A DNA stretch of 35,808 nt from a virus. Its lineage: Duplodnaviria > Caudoviricetes. Each line of letters begins with the position of its first letter. Within the stretch, counting starts at the first letter, position 1. A program made the translations under genes and the position numbers. The stretch is taken from positions 1 to 35,808 of the IMG/VR virus record IMGVR_UViG_3300043416_000055; one strand, 5' to 3'. The notes below the pieces were generated by a model that was not told the DNA's origin, did not search any database, and worked only from the letters and a program-made list of their open reading frames with translations. Below, in pieces: positions 17,453-26,029 of this stretch.

Positions 17453-18072
17453 CCAAAGCTCCTTGCGCGTGCAGCCATAGCGCCACCGGATGTAGAGCCA
17501 CGGTCATCTGCTGTTTGTACATCAGTCAATGCCCTGTCGTAAAGGCTTGACCACACTGGTATTCTCGCATCATCCTGCAAGTATGGCGCAGCCTGCAACA
17601 GGCTCCCATACAAGTAAATATCGGGGCTGGAGGCCAACAACCAGTTAGTCGATACAGTAGATGATAACTTGGTCAATTTAGCGTAGTACACCAGCTCGGT
17701 TGTGTAATCGGTATCTGGGGTAGGCACTAATCTGATCTGGCCACCGACAATGCCAAAGTATTTAGGTCGTGATGGGTAAGAAAATGTTCTAGACAAATCG
17801 TCCAATGCATCAATGGTCTGGAATACCAGCGGAGTGATGGGGTTAGTGCTCGTGAGCTTGAGTGACTTTGTCTCTAAGAAATCGTCAGGGACGGCCCCGT
17901 ACTCGGCAGAGAAGGTGGCATTAGACCTGGTAATCATCTGCCTGGTGCGTAGCTGGCGCTCGATCTGCGCCTCTGCCAGTGATACAAAGTCGGCAATGGC
18001 AGACGTTAAATCGGTGCGGTTAAGCCAATCACCGATTGATGTCTTTAACTCCGTGTACGTTGTCAGAGCCAT
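17449..18072 (-). CDS. Head-tail adaptor
   Basis: Y.ELK..I.DWLNR.DL..FV.LAE; NWLL...PD.YLYG.L; follows the capsid genes. Confidence 0.85.
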   Translation of the reverse strand: MALTTYTELKTSIGDWLNRTDLTSAIADFVSLAEAQIERQLRTRQMITRSNATFSAEYGAVPDDFLETKSLKLTSTNPITPLVFQTIDALDDLSRTFSYPSRPKYFGIVGGQIRLVPTPDTDYTTELVYYAKLTKLSSTVSTNWLLASSPDIYLYGSLLQAAPYLQDDARIPVWSSLYDRALTDVQTADDRGSTSGGAMAARARSFG

Positions 18073-18728
18073 TACGTTGCCTTTTCCTTTTCTTCAAGCT
18101 CTCGCATCACCCAGGTGTGGTCGTGCTTGAATTCAAACGTGCCAATGTGACCAATCTCTTTGCTCACGTCATGGTCAATGTGGATTTTAAACCCTGCATC
18201 CTGCGCTTTACGGCAAAAGAAAATGTCCTCGCCAATGTAGCCGCGCTCCTTTGGACGCCACGGCGTCTCAAACCAAGGCTCGGACAGCTTCTCAAAGACG
18301 TTACGCTTAATCAGCATCACGCCCATACCAATAGAGCCAACTTCCTCAATGCCGGTGCTCTCTGGCATGGTGTACACCAGCTCCCGCGTACCGTCAGGCT
18401 TGTAATTCTGCGCAGTCGGTCCGGTAGGCATCCTACGCCGCGCGCAGTTGGTGGCCACAATGTCCAGGTCGTGCTTTAGCAGCCGGCCAACCATGTCCTG
18501 CGGGAAGGTCATATCTGAGTCAATAAACAGGATATGCGTGCAGCCCTCGGCCATCGCGTCCAGCGCCAAGTCAGCGCGCTGGTTCTGTATCAGCGTACCC
18601 TGCATGATCTTGAGAGATACCGCGTCGGTGGTGCTGATAGTGTGATACGCCACCATGTTCACCAAGCAGTAGGTGAAGTTCGTGTGGACCATATCACGCG
18701 CTGGCGTGCAGACTGCTACATAGTTCAT
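18072..18728 (-). CDS. GT-A fold (family 2-like) glycosyltransferase
   Basis: HILFIDSDM (DxD), G.G..LI, GEDIFFC, IGH motifs. Confidence 0.85.
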   Translation of the reverse strand: MNYVAVCTPARDMVHTNFTYCLVNMVAYHTISTTDAVSLKIMQGTLIQNQRADLALDAMAEGCTHILFIDSDMTFPQDMVGRLLKHDLDIVATNCARRRMPTGPTAQNYKPDGTRELVYTMPESTGIEEVGSIGMGVMLIKRNVFEKLSEPWFETPWRPKERGYIGEDIFFCRKAQDAGFKIHIDHDVSKEIGHIGTFEFKHDHTWVMRELEEKEKAT

Positions 18729-19039
18729 ACTTGTCCTGGTCGAGTTCTAAAGTATTGGTTTTCGGGATCGTTGAGCCAGCGCTTCATGTACGCATCGTCC
18801 TCTAACTTACCTTCTTCCTTGAGCTTGAAATAGACACTCAATGGTATGGACGCCACGCGGCTCCACTCTCCATACTTGTCGTGCTTCTCGCCCTGGTTGT
18901 AAGTGTTCCGGTTTTCTTCAATGATGGCCGTGACATCTTGACTTGTCTGGATGGTTGCCTTGTCAGTTTCCTCGTCGTAGTGCCACGTCCGAGTGATTCC
19001 AAGGTCTGCGTTTGTGTCAAATATTCTTGATTCGCTCAT
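18725..19039 (-). CDS. Hypothetical protein downstream of the capsid gene
   Basis: QDV..I; VASIP; WLNDPEN..FRT; ATGA overlap with the GT gene. Confidence 0.8.
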   Translation of the reverse strand: MSESRIFDTNADLGITRTWHYDEETDKATIQTSQDVTAIIEENRNTYNQGEKHDKYGEWSRVASIPLSVYFKLKEEGKLEDDAYMKRWLNDPENQYFRTRPGQV

Positions 19040-19041
19040 TT

Positions 19042-19070
19042 AAAAAAGGGACCAGGTTTCCCTGATCCCT
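19042..19070 (-). terminator. Rho-independent terminator after the major capsid gene
   Basis: - strand GGGATCAGG-GAAA-CCTGGTCCC followed by T6. Confidence 0.85.
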
Positions 19071-19081
19071 TCCGTGCTTGA

Positions 19082-20044
19082 TTACGAAGTAATCAGGTCA
19101 GCAGCCAGGCCGTGGGCATTCTCAGCCAAGACCTTATGGCCCCACTCAACGATCAGCATACGCTTCTCGGCGTCGCCGGTCTTAGCCAGTTCGATCTGCT
19201 GGTAAGGACGCAGGGTAGTCATCTTTGCGTACTCAGGATCAATCACCCATGCATCACGCTCACGCTGGAAGCGGTTAGGAACCACCTGCACGTTACCGAA
19301 GTCGCTGACATAGACATCGGCTGCGCCAACGATAGTAGCGGGACGTGCGCCACCATCAATGTTGAAACGCGAGGATGCAATACCAGAGAAGCCAGATACG
19401 CGCTGCTTGTTGACAGGACCCGTCATCAAGATTTTTGGAGTACCGCCAGCGGCCCAGACTTGCTGAATTACGTTCTTCAAAATGGTCTCGGTGAAGGTAC
19501 GCACGTTACCGTCAGTACGGGCGCTGTTTGGCAGCGTCGTGTACGAAGGATTAGTACCGTTGGTCTGCATATCAACGTTCGTTTTCACGAAGGCGCCAAG
19601 TGAGGCAGTACCACGCGCGACGCTAGTGCTACCAGCGGCAGCAACTGCACCATTGAGCATGGAAAACTCTTGGTCACGCTTCAACTCAGAGCCGCGCTTG
19701 GCGATCTGATAAGCCAACTCAGAGCGGCGACCTGCCTTGTTAACCACTTCCTCAGTTGCGGACAGGACGATAGTCTTGCGCGAAATCTGAGCATAGTTCT
19801 GCAAACGCACGGTAGCAACAACAGCATCAAATGACGACACGTCGTCACCTTCTAACTGCTTGTTGGCAGCGGCTGCTGCCAGGGTATCGGTTTGCCACTC
19901 AAACAGAGAATTGCTGACCGACTCGCGGCCAATGTTGCTCATGTAAGGCGTTTCTTCCGGTGCAATATTGGTAATAATATTGCTCAAATCTTCACGGATA
20001 CCTTTGGCATCAAAGGTTGTGAAGGTGTTAGTTACGATAGTCAT
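19082..20044 (-). CDS. Major capsid protein (DUF5309/SU10-like family)
   Basis: REDLSNII..I.PEETP; EWQTD.L; NY.QI..K; ELKRD.E; DFG; ELAKTGD. Confidence 0.92.
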   Translation of the reverse strand: MTIVTNTFTTFDAKGIREDLSNIITNIAPEETPYMSNIGRESVSNSLFEWQTDTLAAAAANKQLEGDDVSSFDAVVATVRLQNYAQISRKTIVLSATEEVVNKAGRRSELAYQIAKRGSELKRDQEFSMLNGAVAAAGSTSVARGTASLGAFVKTNVDMQTNGTNPSYTTLPNSARTDGNVRTFTETILKNVIQQVWAAGGTPKILMTGPVNKQRVSGFSGIASSRFNIDGGARPATIVGAADVYVSDFGNVQVVPNRFQRERDAWVIDPEYAKMTTLRPYQQIELAKTGDAEKRMLIVEWGHKVLAENAHGLAADLITS

Positions 20045-20051
20045 AATTTAC

Positions 20052-21038
20052 TCACTTCAATAAAAGTTCAATTGCAGAAGCCGCGTCGTTGACGCGACCA
20101 GTTTTTGCAAGACGCTGTTTTGCGCGAGTACTTTCACTTGTCGTGGAGACACGGCCTGCTGCACCTGGCTTGGCAGGACGTGGACCATTGTTCGTCACCG
20201 GCTTGATGTTCTGCCTCTTGGCCATCATCTGCTCGTACAGTGCCGCCTTACGCAGCACGTTAACGACGCGGTGGTCGAATATGTTCTTCAGTTCATCGGT
20301 GCTAAACCCAGCCTTTTGGCCAAAGTCAATGAGCAATTCTTTCTCTTTTTTTGCCTTGTTTGGGTCTTTCCAATCAGGCAAAACCTTCAGCAATTCATCT
20401 TGCTGCTGCGCAAGAAAAGACTGCATCTGTTGAGCTTGCTCCTGCTGTGAAATCTGCATAAGACGCTGCTGCTCAAATTGAATAGCCTGCGACTTTGCTT
20501 GGTTTTCACGCATCACCTCTTTCTGCCGCACCCACTCGATGGGGTCCTCTTGGTAGAGGCGATCCCAATCAATATTAGGCTGCGCGGCTTGCTGAACCTG
20601 CGACTCCAATGCTCCTAACAACTGAGCGTACTGACTACGCTCGGCGCGAATGGCCTCGGCTTCCGACTCGACTTGGCGTCGAATTTCGGCAATTTGCTGA
20701 GTCTTTCGCGTGTAGTCCTGAGTCCGCGAATATCCCTTCTGAAGTTCGTCCAAAGTTACAGTAACCTCTGTGCCGTCAACTTTGACGGTAAAGGTCTGAT
20801 CCGGCTTTTCTTCCTCGGAATCTTCACTTTCCTCTAACTGTTCGCTATCCGTTACTTCACCGTCTGCGTCTGCATCTTCCAGTGATGTTCCGTCTAACGC
20901 CGCCGACTCGCCTTCCAGCGAATCGTCCAACGTCTCATCAATTGACTGTTCTCCCTCATCGGGCAGCATTGCTGAGAGTGCCTGGGCCGCTTGGTCCAGA
21001 TTCATGGGTCCCGCAGAACCCGTTTGTGCTTGTTGCAT
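20052..21038 (-). CDS. Capsid scaffolding protein
   Basis: Acidic N-terminus; VKVDG.E..VTLDEL.KGY.R..DYTRKTQ; lies directly before the MCP gene. Confidence 0.88.
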   Translation of the reverse strand: MQQAQTGSAGPMNLDQAAQALSAMLPDEGEQSIDETLDDSLEGESAALDGTSLEDADADGEVTDSEQLEESEDSEEEKPDQTFTVKVDGTEVTVTLDELQKGYSRTQDYTRKTQQIAEIRRQVESEAEAIRAERSQYAQLLGALESQVQQAAQPNIDWDRLYQEDPIEWVRQKEVMRENQAKSQAIQFEQQRLMQISQQEQAQQMQSFLAQQQDELLKVLPDWKDPNKAKKEKELLIDFGQKAGFSTDELKNIFDHRVVNVLRKAALYEQMMAKRQNIKPVTNNGPRPAKPGAAGRVSTTSESTRAKQRLAKTGRVNDAASAIELLLK

Positions 21039-21047
21039 AAATGTCCT

Positions 21048-21302
21048 CTACTTATTCGCACGCTCGATGGCGCGTTGCGCCACCTTTGCGTTGTCAACAA
21101 TCTTTTGCAATTCGATCTTCAAGTTGTCGATTGCCTTGAGCATGGACCAGGCGATCTCTCGCTTGGCTGACTCCTCTGGTTTCGTTGACCGAAAGTACCA
21201 GAGCTGGTCGTTTTCCATCTTGTTGATTGCCATGTTGAAGGTTTCATCCTCCAGCAACTGGCCAGCCTTTCGGCCCTTGCGTACAAGTTCTTCATTATCC
21301 AT
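21048..21302 (-). CDS. Small protein between portal and scaffold
   Basis: G.KA.QLLE...RE pattern; start codon abuts the portal stop. Confidence 0.8.
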   Translation of the reverse strand: MDNEELVRKGRKAGQLLEDETFNMAINKMENDQLWYFRSTKPEESAKREIAWSMLKAIDNLKIELQKIVDNAKVAQRAIERANK

Positions 21303-23480
21303 TTATGCCATTCCAAATTGGTTGATGGGCGCAGCCGCTGACATCTGGGCTTGTGCCAGGGTAGTCTGCTGCTGCATTGCTTCTCGGTTAAGACTTTGCT
21401 GTGCTTCAATCTCAGCCGTAGAAATCTGTGCGTTGTACTTTAACTCTAATTCGTATTTCTTTAAGTATAAATCTTGAGCCAAGGCATCACGCCGGTAATC
21501 GTCATCGCGCACCATCTGCTGGTGCTTGAGTTCCAGCTCGGCGGCTTTCTTCTGAATATCGGCCTCAATAGACTTAGCCTGCACCTGAGCAAGTACCTCC
21601 TCTGGAGTGGGCTTTGGCTCCGGTGGGGCTGGCGGCTGGTAGTCGGTAGGCACGTCATTGAAGTACTGAGACGTGTCCTTAAACCCAGACAGAGACACAA
21701 TCTGGCGCAGGGTATGGGAATACTGAGACGGGGTCACCAGCGGGTTCTGTGGGCCTAGCTGGGTCAGTGCTTCTTGCTGCTTGGCCAAGATCATCATCAA
21801 AGCCTGGATGCGCTCGTTTGTGTCGCCGTTGCCCAGGCCAATGTTGATGTGAACGTCCATCGCGGAGTTCCACGCGCGCGGGTCCATCTGCACAAACTCG
21901 TTACGTAGGCGCACCATACGCGGCTTGTCCTGGTGCGTCACCAGCAAGAACAATATGCCCTTAAACAGTTTCTTCATGCCCTCGGCCATCAAACGCGCCG
22001 TAAGCTCAATACGCCCCTGAGACGCGCTGATGGTGGCCGCCACCGCTGCCTTGGTGCTCGACTGCAATGCATCGGCATCCAGCCCCATCGCGGCCTTGCT
22101 CATGCCGGTGCGGTTCTCGCGCATCTGGTCCATGTAGTCGATCATCGGGAAAGCCGCCTGGCCAACAAACGGATTGCTAAAGGGCTGCACCATCCCAGGC
22201 TGGCGCATACGGATAACTGCGCCCGTCTCGTTGTTGAGCACGTCATCCATGTTGACCATGCCCTCGACCACCGCAGTGCGTGGATGGATTGACTGCGCCA
22301 GCGAATCGAGCGTGTTGCGCAGAATCTCTGACTTGATCTCCTGGATGTCGTGCGTAATGTCAAAAATAGACATCGCCTCCAGCGGAGACGTGTGTGGCTC
22401 GGGATCGCATGGAAAGTCAACAAAGGGTATGTAAGACGCTGGCAGGTTACGCACTACCTTGTAGCCAGAGCCAATGCAGCAAATCTTGCGCAACTCTGCA
22501 ATGCCGTCGCCGTCGTAGTCAATGCGAGAGTACGCCTCAACATACAGCACGCGCTGCTGCATCGGGTTTGCGCTGTCGTTCATACCAAAGGTGGTAGACA
22601 GCGGCTGGCGTGCCAGGTACTCCTCGTTGCTGTCCAAGTCGGTGGACGTGATGTTGTCGCGCACCTCGTCCTCGTCATAACCCATCGCCACCAACTCCTG
22701 TACTGTGGCCATCATGCGGTGGGCAATGATCCCAGCATCATCAAACGACCTAGCGCGCCGGTCAAGCAGCAGCTCCTCTGGCGGCACTGCCATGATCTTG
22801 ATACGGCCTTCCTTGAGCACGCGCTTGATCTGCACGTCGTGCAGCATCGGCGGCGGCGGCATAGGCATCGACTGGCCTGTCATCGGGTCAATCTGCGGCT
22901 CCATGCCCTGCATCGCCTGCATAGCCTCGGGGTCGGGGTAGCTAACGACAATCTTGACCTCGGCATCCTCTTGCGCAATTATCTGCAAGGTCTGGTCATC
23001 TAAGCCAGAATATTCCTCAATGCGGACAGATTCTGTCTCCTCCCACCAATACTTAGCAATACCGCACTTACGCACCAGGCTATCTTTAAAGATGGCGTAG
23101 GTGGTCATAAACCCGTTGTTATCTGAGTTAAAGACAAAGTTCGCGTAGTCGGTGGCTTGCTTGGCAAATGGCACATCCTCTGGACCCTCTGGCACAAACT
23201 CAACCACGTTCTCGCTGGAGAAGAACACCCGCATTAGGCTGGGCATCATGGCCGAGACAGTGTCCCGAACCTCCATCGCCACTACCTGGCTGCGGCCATC
23301 TTCCTCGTTGCCAAACTTGTCGCCACGGTAGTACTCTGTACCGCGCGCACGGATAGGTGATAAATCAGAATCTACATAGCTAACGGCATCGGTCAGGTCC
23401 TGGCCAATAATTGCCTCCAGCTCGGCATCATCCATCGGTTCCATCGCCGACACGTCGGTGGTGATCTCTAGGTCTTTCAT
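21303..23480 (-). CDS. Portal protein
   Basis: 725 aa; YY.G..GNE..GRSQVV; VPPEE; Gln-rich C-terminal coiled coil; synteny. Confidence 0.92.
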   Translation of the reverse strand: MKDLEITTDVSAMEPMDDAELEAIIGQDLTDAVSYVDSDLSPIRARGTEYYRGDKFGNEEDGRSQVVAMEVRDTVSAMMPSLMRVFFSSENVVEFVPEGPEDVPFAKQATDYANFVFNSDNNGFMTTYAIFKDSLVRKCGIAKYWWEETESVRIEEYSGLDDQTLQIIAQEDAEVKIVVSYPDPEAMQAMQGMEPQIDPMTGQSMPMPPPPMLHDVQIKRVLKEGRIKIMAVPPEELLLDRRARSFDDAGIIAHRMMATVQELVAMGYDEDEVRDNITSTDLDSNEEYLARQPLSTTFGMNDSANPMQQRVLYVEAYSRIDYDGDGIAELRKICCIGSGYKVVRNLPASYIPFVDFPCDPEPHTSPLEAMSIFDITHDIQEIKSEILRNTLDSLAQSIHPRTAVVEGMVNMDDVLNNETGAVIRMRQPGMVQPFSNPFVGQAAFPMIDYMDQMRENRTGMSKAAMGLDADALQSSTKAAVAATISASQGRIELTARLMAEGMKKLFKGILFLLVTHQDKPRMVRLRNEFVQMDPRAWNSAMDVHINIGLGNGDTNERIQALMMILAKQQEALTQLGPQNPLVTPSQYSHTLRQIVSLSGFKDTSQYFNDVPTDYQPPAPPEPKPTPEEVLAQVQAKSIEADIQKKAAELELKHQQMVRDDDYRRDALAQDLYLKKYELELKYNAQISTAEIEAQQSLNREAMQQQTTLAQAQMSAAAPINQFGMA

Positions 23481-24013
23481 ACGGGTATCTTTCGTAAAAC
23501 GACGTACATGGAGTCAACCGCACGCGGCGTGCGCAACAACTCATCTTCCTCTAATTCTAGGCTTTCGCCGTACTTTGACAGCCTGTACTCTAGGTGTTTC
23601 ATCTCAAACCGGAAATCCTTCCAATCTAAGTACCAGTGCCAGGCGCAGTAATAAACCCAAGAATTCTGGTTAAACGCACGTACATGGGTCGGGTCTTGCC
23701 ACGCGCCAAGGGATAAGTCATACGGGACGTGGATGTGCATCTCGCCGCCAACGTCCAGTAAATCCAAACAGTTCCTCATGCACTTAACCAGGTCAGGTAC
23801 GTGCTCCAGCACGTCTTGCGCGAGTATCTTGGTGAATATCCCAGGCTCTACGGTGATCTCACCAGCGTGCGTCTGTATCTTCTGACCCCACTCAATCGTG
23901 CATATATCACCGTGCCAATCGGGGTTCTTGTTGTCATTAATGTCCATATTGACGCAGTCATCGCGCCGATCACGGCCCGATCCCAAGTTAAGAGTTAAAC
24001 CACTGCTTGGCAT
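23477..24013 (-). CDS. Class I SAM-dependent methyltransferase
   Basis: LNLGSG, VNMDI, VLEH, L..GG, DPTHV motifs; start moved to MPSSG. Confidence 0.88.
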   Translation of the reverse strand: MPSSGLTLNLGSGRDRRDDCVNMDINDNKNPDWHGDICTIEWGQKIQTHAGEITVEPGIFTKILAQDVLEHVPDLVKCMRNCLDLLDVGGEMHIHVPYDLSLGAWQDPTHVRAFNQNSWVYYCAWHWYLDWKDFRFEMKHLEYRLSKYGESLELEEDELLRTPRAVDSMYVVLRKIPV

Positions 24014-24680
24014 ATTCGGGTCTGTTTTTAAGCAACCAAGGCACTGCCTCGTTTGTAAGTTTCTCGGAGTTAGTGCCAACTGTCTGGCTGCCAACGTGGT
24101 GGACGTAACTGGTAGAGACGTAGTGCTCAAAGCCTTTAGCGGCCATGTCTAGGCAGTTAACGTCATCGGAGTACCAGTTCAATGGTGGGAAATTCGCCTC
24201 TTTAAACGCATCGCCGTGTATCCACGCGAATATCGGACTAATTACTTCTGCTGGCCTGATCTTGGACTCGTACTTGAACCGGCACATATCAATCGTCTCG
24301 CCGTCAGGATTAAACCTAATGTTCTGCACCTGGCGTGCCGCGTCTGTCCTGGACGCCACCCACCCAACAGGCAGGTCCATGTCCAGCAGTATGTCCACGT
24401 CCTCCATCAAGACCTTGTAGCTGGTAGGCGTCAAGACAATATCGTCATTGGCCACCACCACGGACTCAAAATCCTCAAGTGCGCGGTTGATGATGGCGTT
24501 GTAGTCGTTGCCAAAGTTCGTGGGTTGTGAGAACACCTTCACGTCGGCATTGAAGTTCTCGATCACGGACTCAGGGCCGCGCAGGTAGACGGGTATCTCG
24601 GGGCAGTATTGCTTAATGGACTCAAGCAAGACGCCCAGCCCCTTGCCGTGTACTGTGGATATGACTATGGGAGAAATCAC
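23988..24680 (-). CDS. GT-A fold (family 2-like) glycosyltransferase
   Basis: NFG..YN, VVVANDDIVL, YSDD, VHHVGSQT motifs. Confidence 0.85.
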   Translation of the reverse strand: MISPIVISTVHGKGLGVLLESIKQYCPEIPVYLRGPESVIENFNADVKVFSQPTNFGNDYNAIINRALEDFESVVVANDDIVLTPTSYKVLMEDVDILLDMDLPVGWVASRTDAARQVQNIRFNPDGETIDMCRFKYESKIRPAEVISPIFAWIHGDAFKEANFPPLNWYSDDVNCLDMAAKGFEHYVSTSYVHHVGSQTVGTNSEKLTNEAVPWLLKNRPEYAKQWFNS

Positions 24681-24967
24681 TTTGACTTGTTCCTTGCGGA
24701 TATGGCTTTAGCCTTGGCCTTGGCGTCAGCCTTGGAGCTTGCGCCCCAGGCATTCAAACTCAGCAGCAACCTGGTGGGCTTGCCATCCTTGTACTCTGGG
24801 CCATCATTACCCGCCATACGCGCCAAAAAGCTCGCGCGCCTGGGGTTATCGCCAGACTTAACCGGAGGCTTGATGTCTTGGCCTGCCGCCTTCAAACTAG
24901 CGCGCCCCTTGGCATTTAAACCGCCTTTAGGGTTCTGGCCCTCCTTGCGCTGCCAGGCTGCTGTCAT
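24677..24967 (-). CDS. Small basic protein (DUF6321-like)
   Basis: AWQRKEG.NPKGGLNAKGR...RRASFLARM...L.AW. Confidence 0.8.
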   Translation of the reverse strand: MTAAWQRKEGQNPKGGLNAKGRASLKAAGQDIKPPVKSGDNPRRASFLARMAGNDGPEYKDGKPTRLLLSLNAWGASSKADAKAKAKAISARNKSK

Positions 24968-25119
24968 TTTTTCTTTACAGGCTTTGCCGTCTTAGCCGCC
25001 TGTCTAAAGTCAGCAGCAGATGGCGCTGCCTTGCTACCGACCTTGTTCATCTTCTCTTTAGAGCCGGCCTTGATACGGGCCTGCTTTGCGTTGATGTTCG
25101 CGTATAAACCTGGTTTCAT
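24964..25119 (-). CDS. 51-aa basic protein (not in ORF track)
   Basis: MKPGLYANINAKQARIKAGSKEKMNKVGSKAAPSAADFRQAAKTAKPVKKK; ATGA overlaps at both ends. Confidence 0.85.
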   Translation of the reverse strand: MKPGLYANINAKQARIKAGSKEKMNKVGSKAAPSAADFRQAAKTAKPVKKK

Positions 25120-25607
25120 TCCTCGTCCCCGCCTTCCATTTCGGTGTCAACAGATTCCTCGTCGCTCTCGCCATCCTCACCATCATTAGGGCCGCCCACT
25201 ACCCACGCATCGCAGGTACGGCTCGCCGCGCACTTAAAGTCAAATATCTCGCAGTACCCAAGGTCAGCCAGCTCAATCGTCCCCCACGGGTCCGCTTCCA
25301 TACCAATACCCTTGGCAATGCACTCCTTGATGGAATCCTGCACATTGAACGCTGCGCAGTTACCGCAGCGGCTCTCTTTGGCGTCTGCAATCGTCACGTC
25401 CCAGGTATCGGCCTTCTTCTTCCAGTACGCCGTGTTAGGCAGTTCGGGATTCTCAGGACCGTAGGCCGCAGCAGTAATCGCCTTGGCGCGGTTCTTTAGG
25501 TTAAGGGTCACGTCTTGCGTAGGCAGCGGACACTTCTTGTCTGTCTTAGACATCATCTGCTTCATAGCGCCCTGGTAGCGCTCCGGTACGTCTCGCATTG
25601 TGGCCAT
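25116..25607 (-). CDS. Cys-rich, probably metal-binding protein with an acidic tail
   Basis: RCGNC...GYC..F...C.....CDAW; TAATG coupling. Confidence 0.8.
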   Translation of the reverse strand: MATMRDVPERYQGAMKQMMSKTDKKCPLPTQDVTLNLKNRAKAITAAAYGPENPELPNTAYWKKKADTWDVTIADAKESRCGNCAAFNVQDSIKECIAKGIGMEADPWGTIELADLGYCEIFDFKCAASRTCDAWVVGGPNDGEDGESDEESVDTEMEGGDEE

Positions 25608-25771
25608 TACATCTTCCCCTTTTTCATTGGAACCTTGGCCTCGGACAGAGCAATCGCAATCGCCTGCTTAGGATTCTTCACTACCTTGCCGCCAGCACCT
25701 GAGTGCAACTTTCCGCTTTTGTACTCGCCCATCACCTTGCCAACTTTCTTCTGTGCCTTGGTCATCTTCAT
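25607..25771 (-). CDS. Small basic protein (DUF6496-like)
   Basis: KVGKVM.EYK.GKLHSG..G..V.NPKQAIAIALSEA; AAGGAG RBS; start moved to 25771. Confidence 0.85.
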   Translation of the reverse strand: MKMTKAQKKVGKVMGEYKSGKLHSGAGGKVVKNPKQAIAIALSEAKVPMKKGKM

Positions 25772-25794
25772 ATCTGGCTCCTTAAAAAATAAGT

Positions 25795-25874
25795 TGTTGG
25801 TGGCTGGTACTGATCTCCAGCATATGGTGATTTGTCTTAACAAAACCGCGCATCAGCCTGCGCATCCACCAACA
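25795..25874 (-). ncRNA. C4 antisense RNA-like ncRNA
   Basis: UGUUGGUGG/CCACCAACA closing stem; GCGCA-GGCUGA-UGCGC; variable hairpin; GCUGG-AGAUCAGUA-CCAGC; matches the C4 family pattern as I recall it. Confidence 0.8.
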
Positions 25875-26015
25875 CGGATGGGGACTAAGGCAGGATTTGA
25901 ACCCTTACCGGACTCCTCTTGGCTGACCATAGCGCCTGTCCGTTTGCCTTGCGACTTTCAGCGAGTCTCCAGAAGTGCGGCTACACCCCCTCGCCTCTTA
26001 ATCCCCATGCGTGTT
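25871..26015 (-). ncRNA. Long stem upstream of C4 (c4-a1b1-like) enclosing a structured insert
   Basis: AACACG-C-AUGGGGAUUAAG pairs with CUUAGUCCCCAU-C-CGUGUU; internal helices and a UUCAAAU T-loop-like element. Confidence 0.65.
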
Positions 26016-26029
26016 AATGCTCACCCCAA

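Noticed and set aside
20839-20855. LexA box interpretation of the 17-bp repeat
   Set aside because: Only a partial match to alphaproteobacterial GTTC-N7-GTTC, no match to CTGT-N8-ACAG, and intragenic.
25885-25992. Canonical tRNA or tmRNA gene
   Set aside because: The 5' GGGGGTG has no matching acceptor strand or CCA, there is no proper anticodon arm, and it is too short for tmRNA; kept only as tRNA-like.
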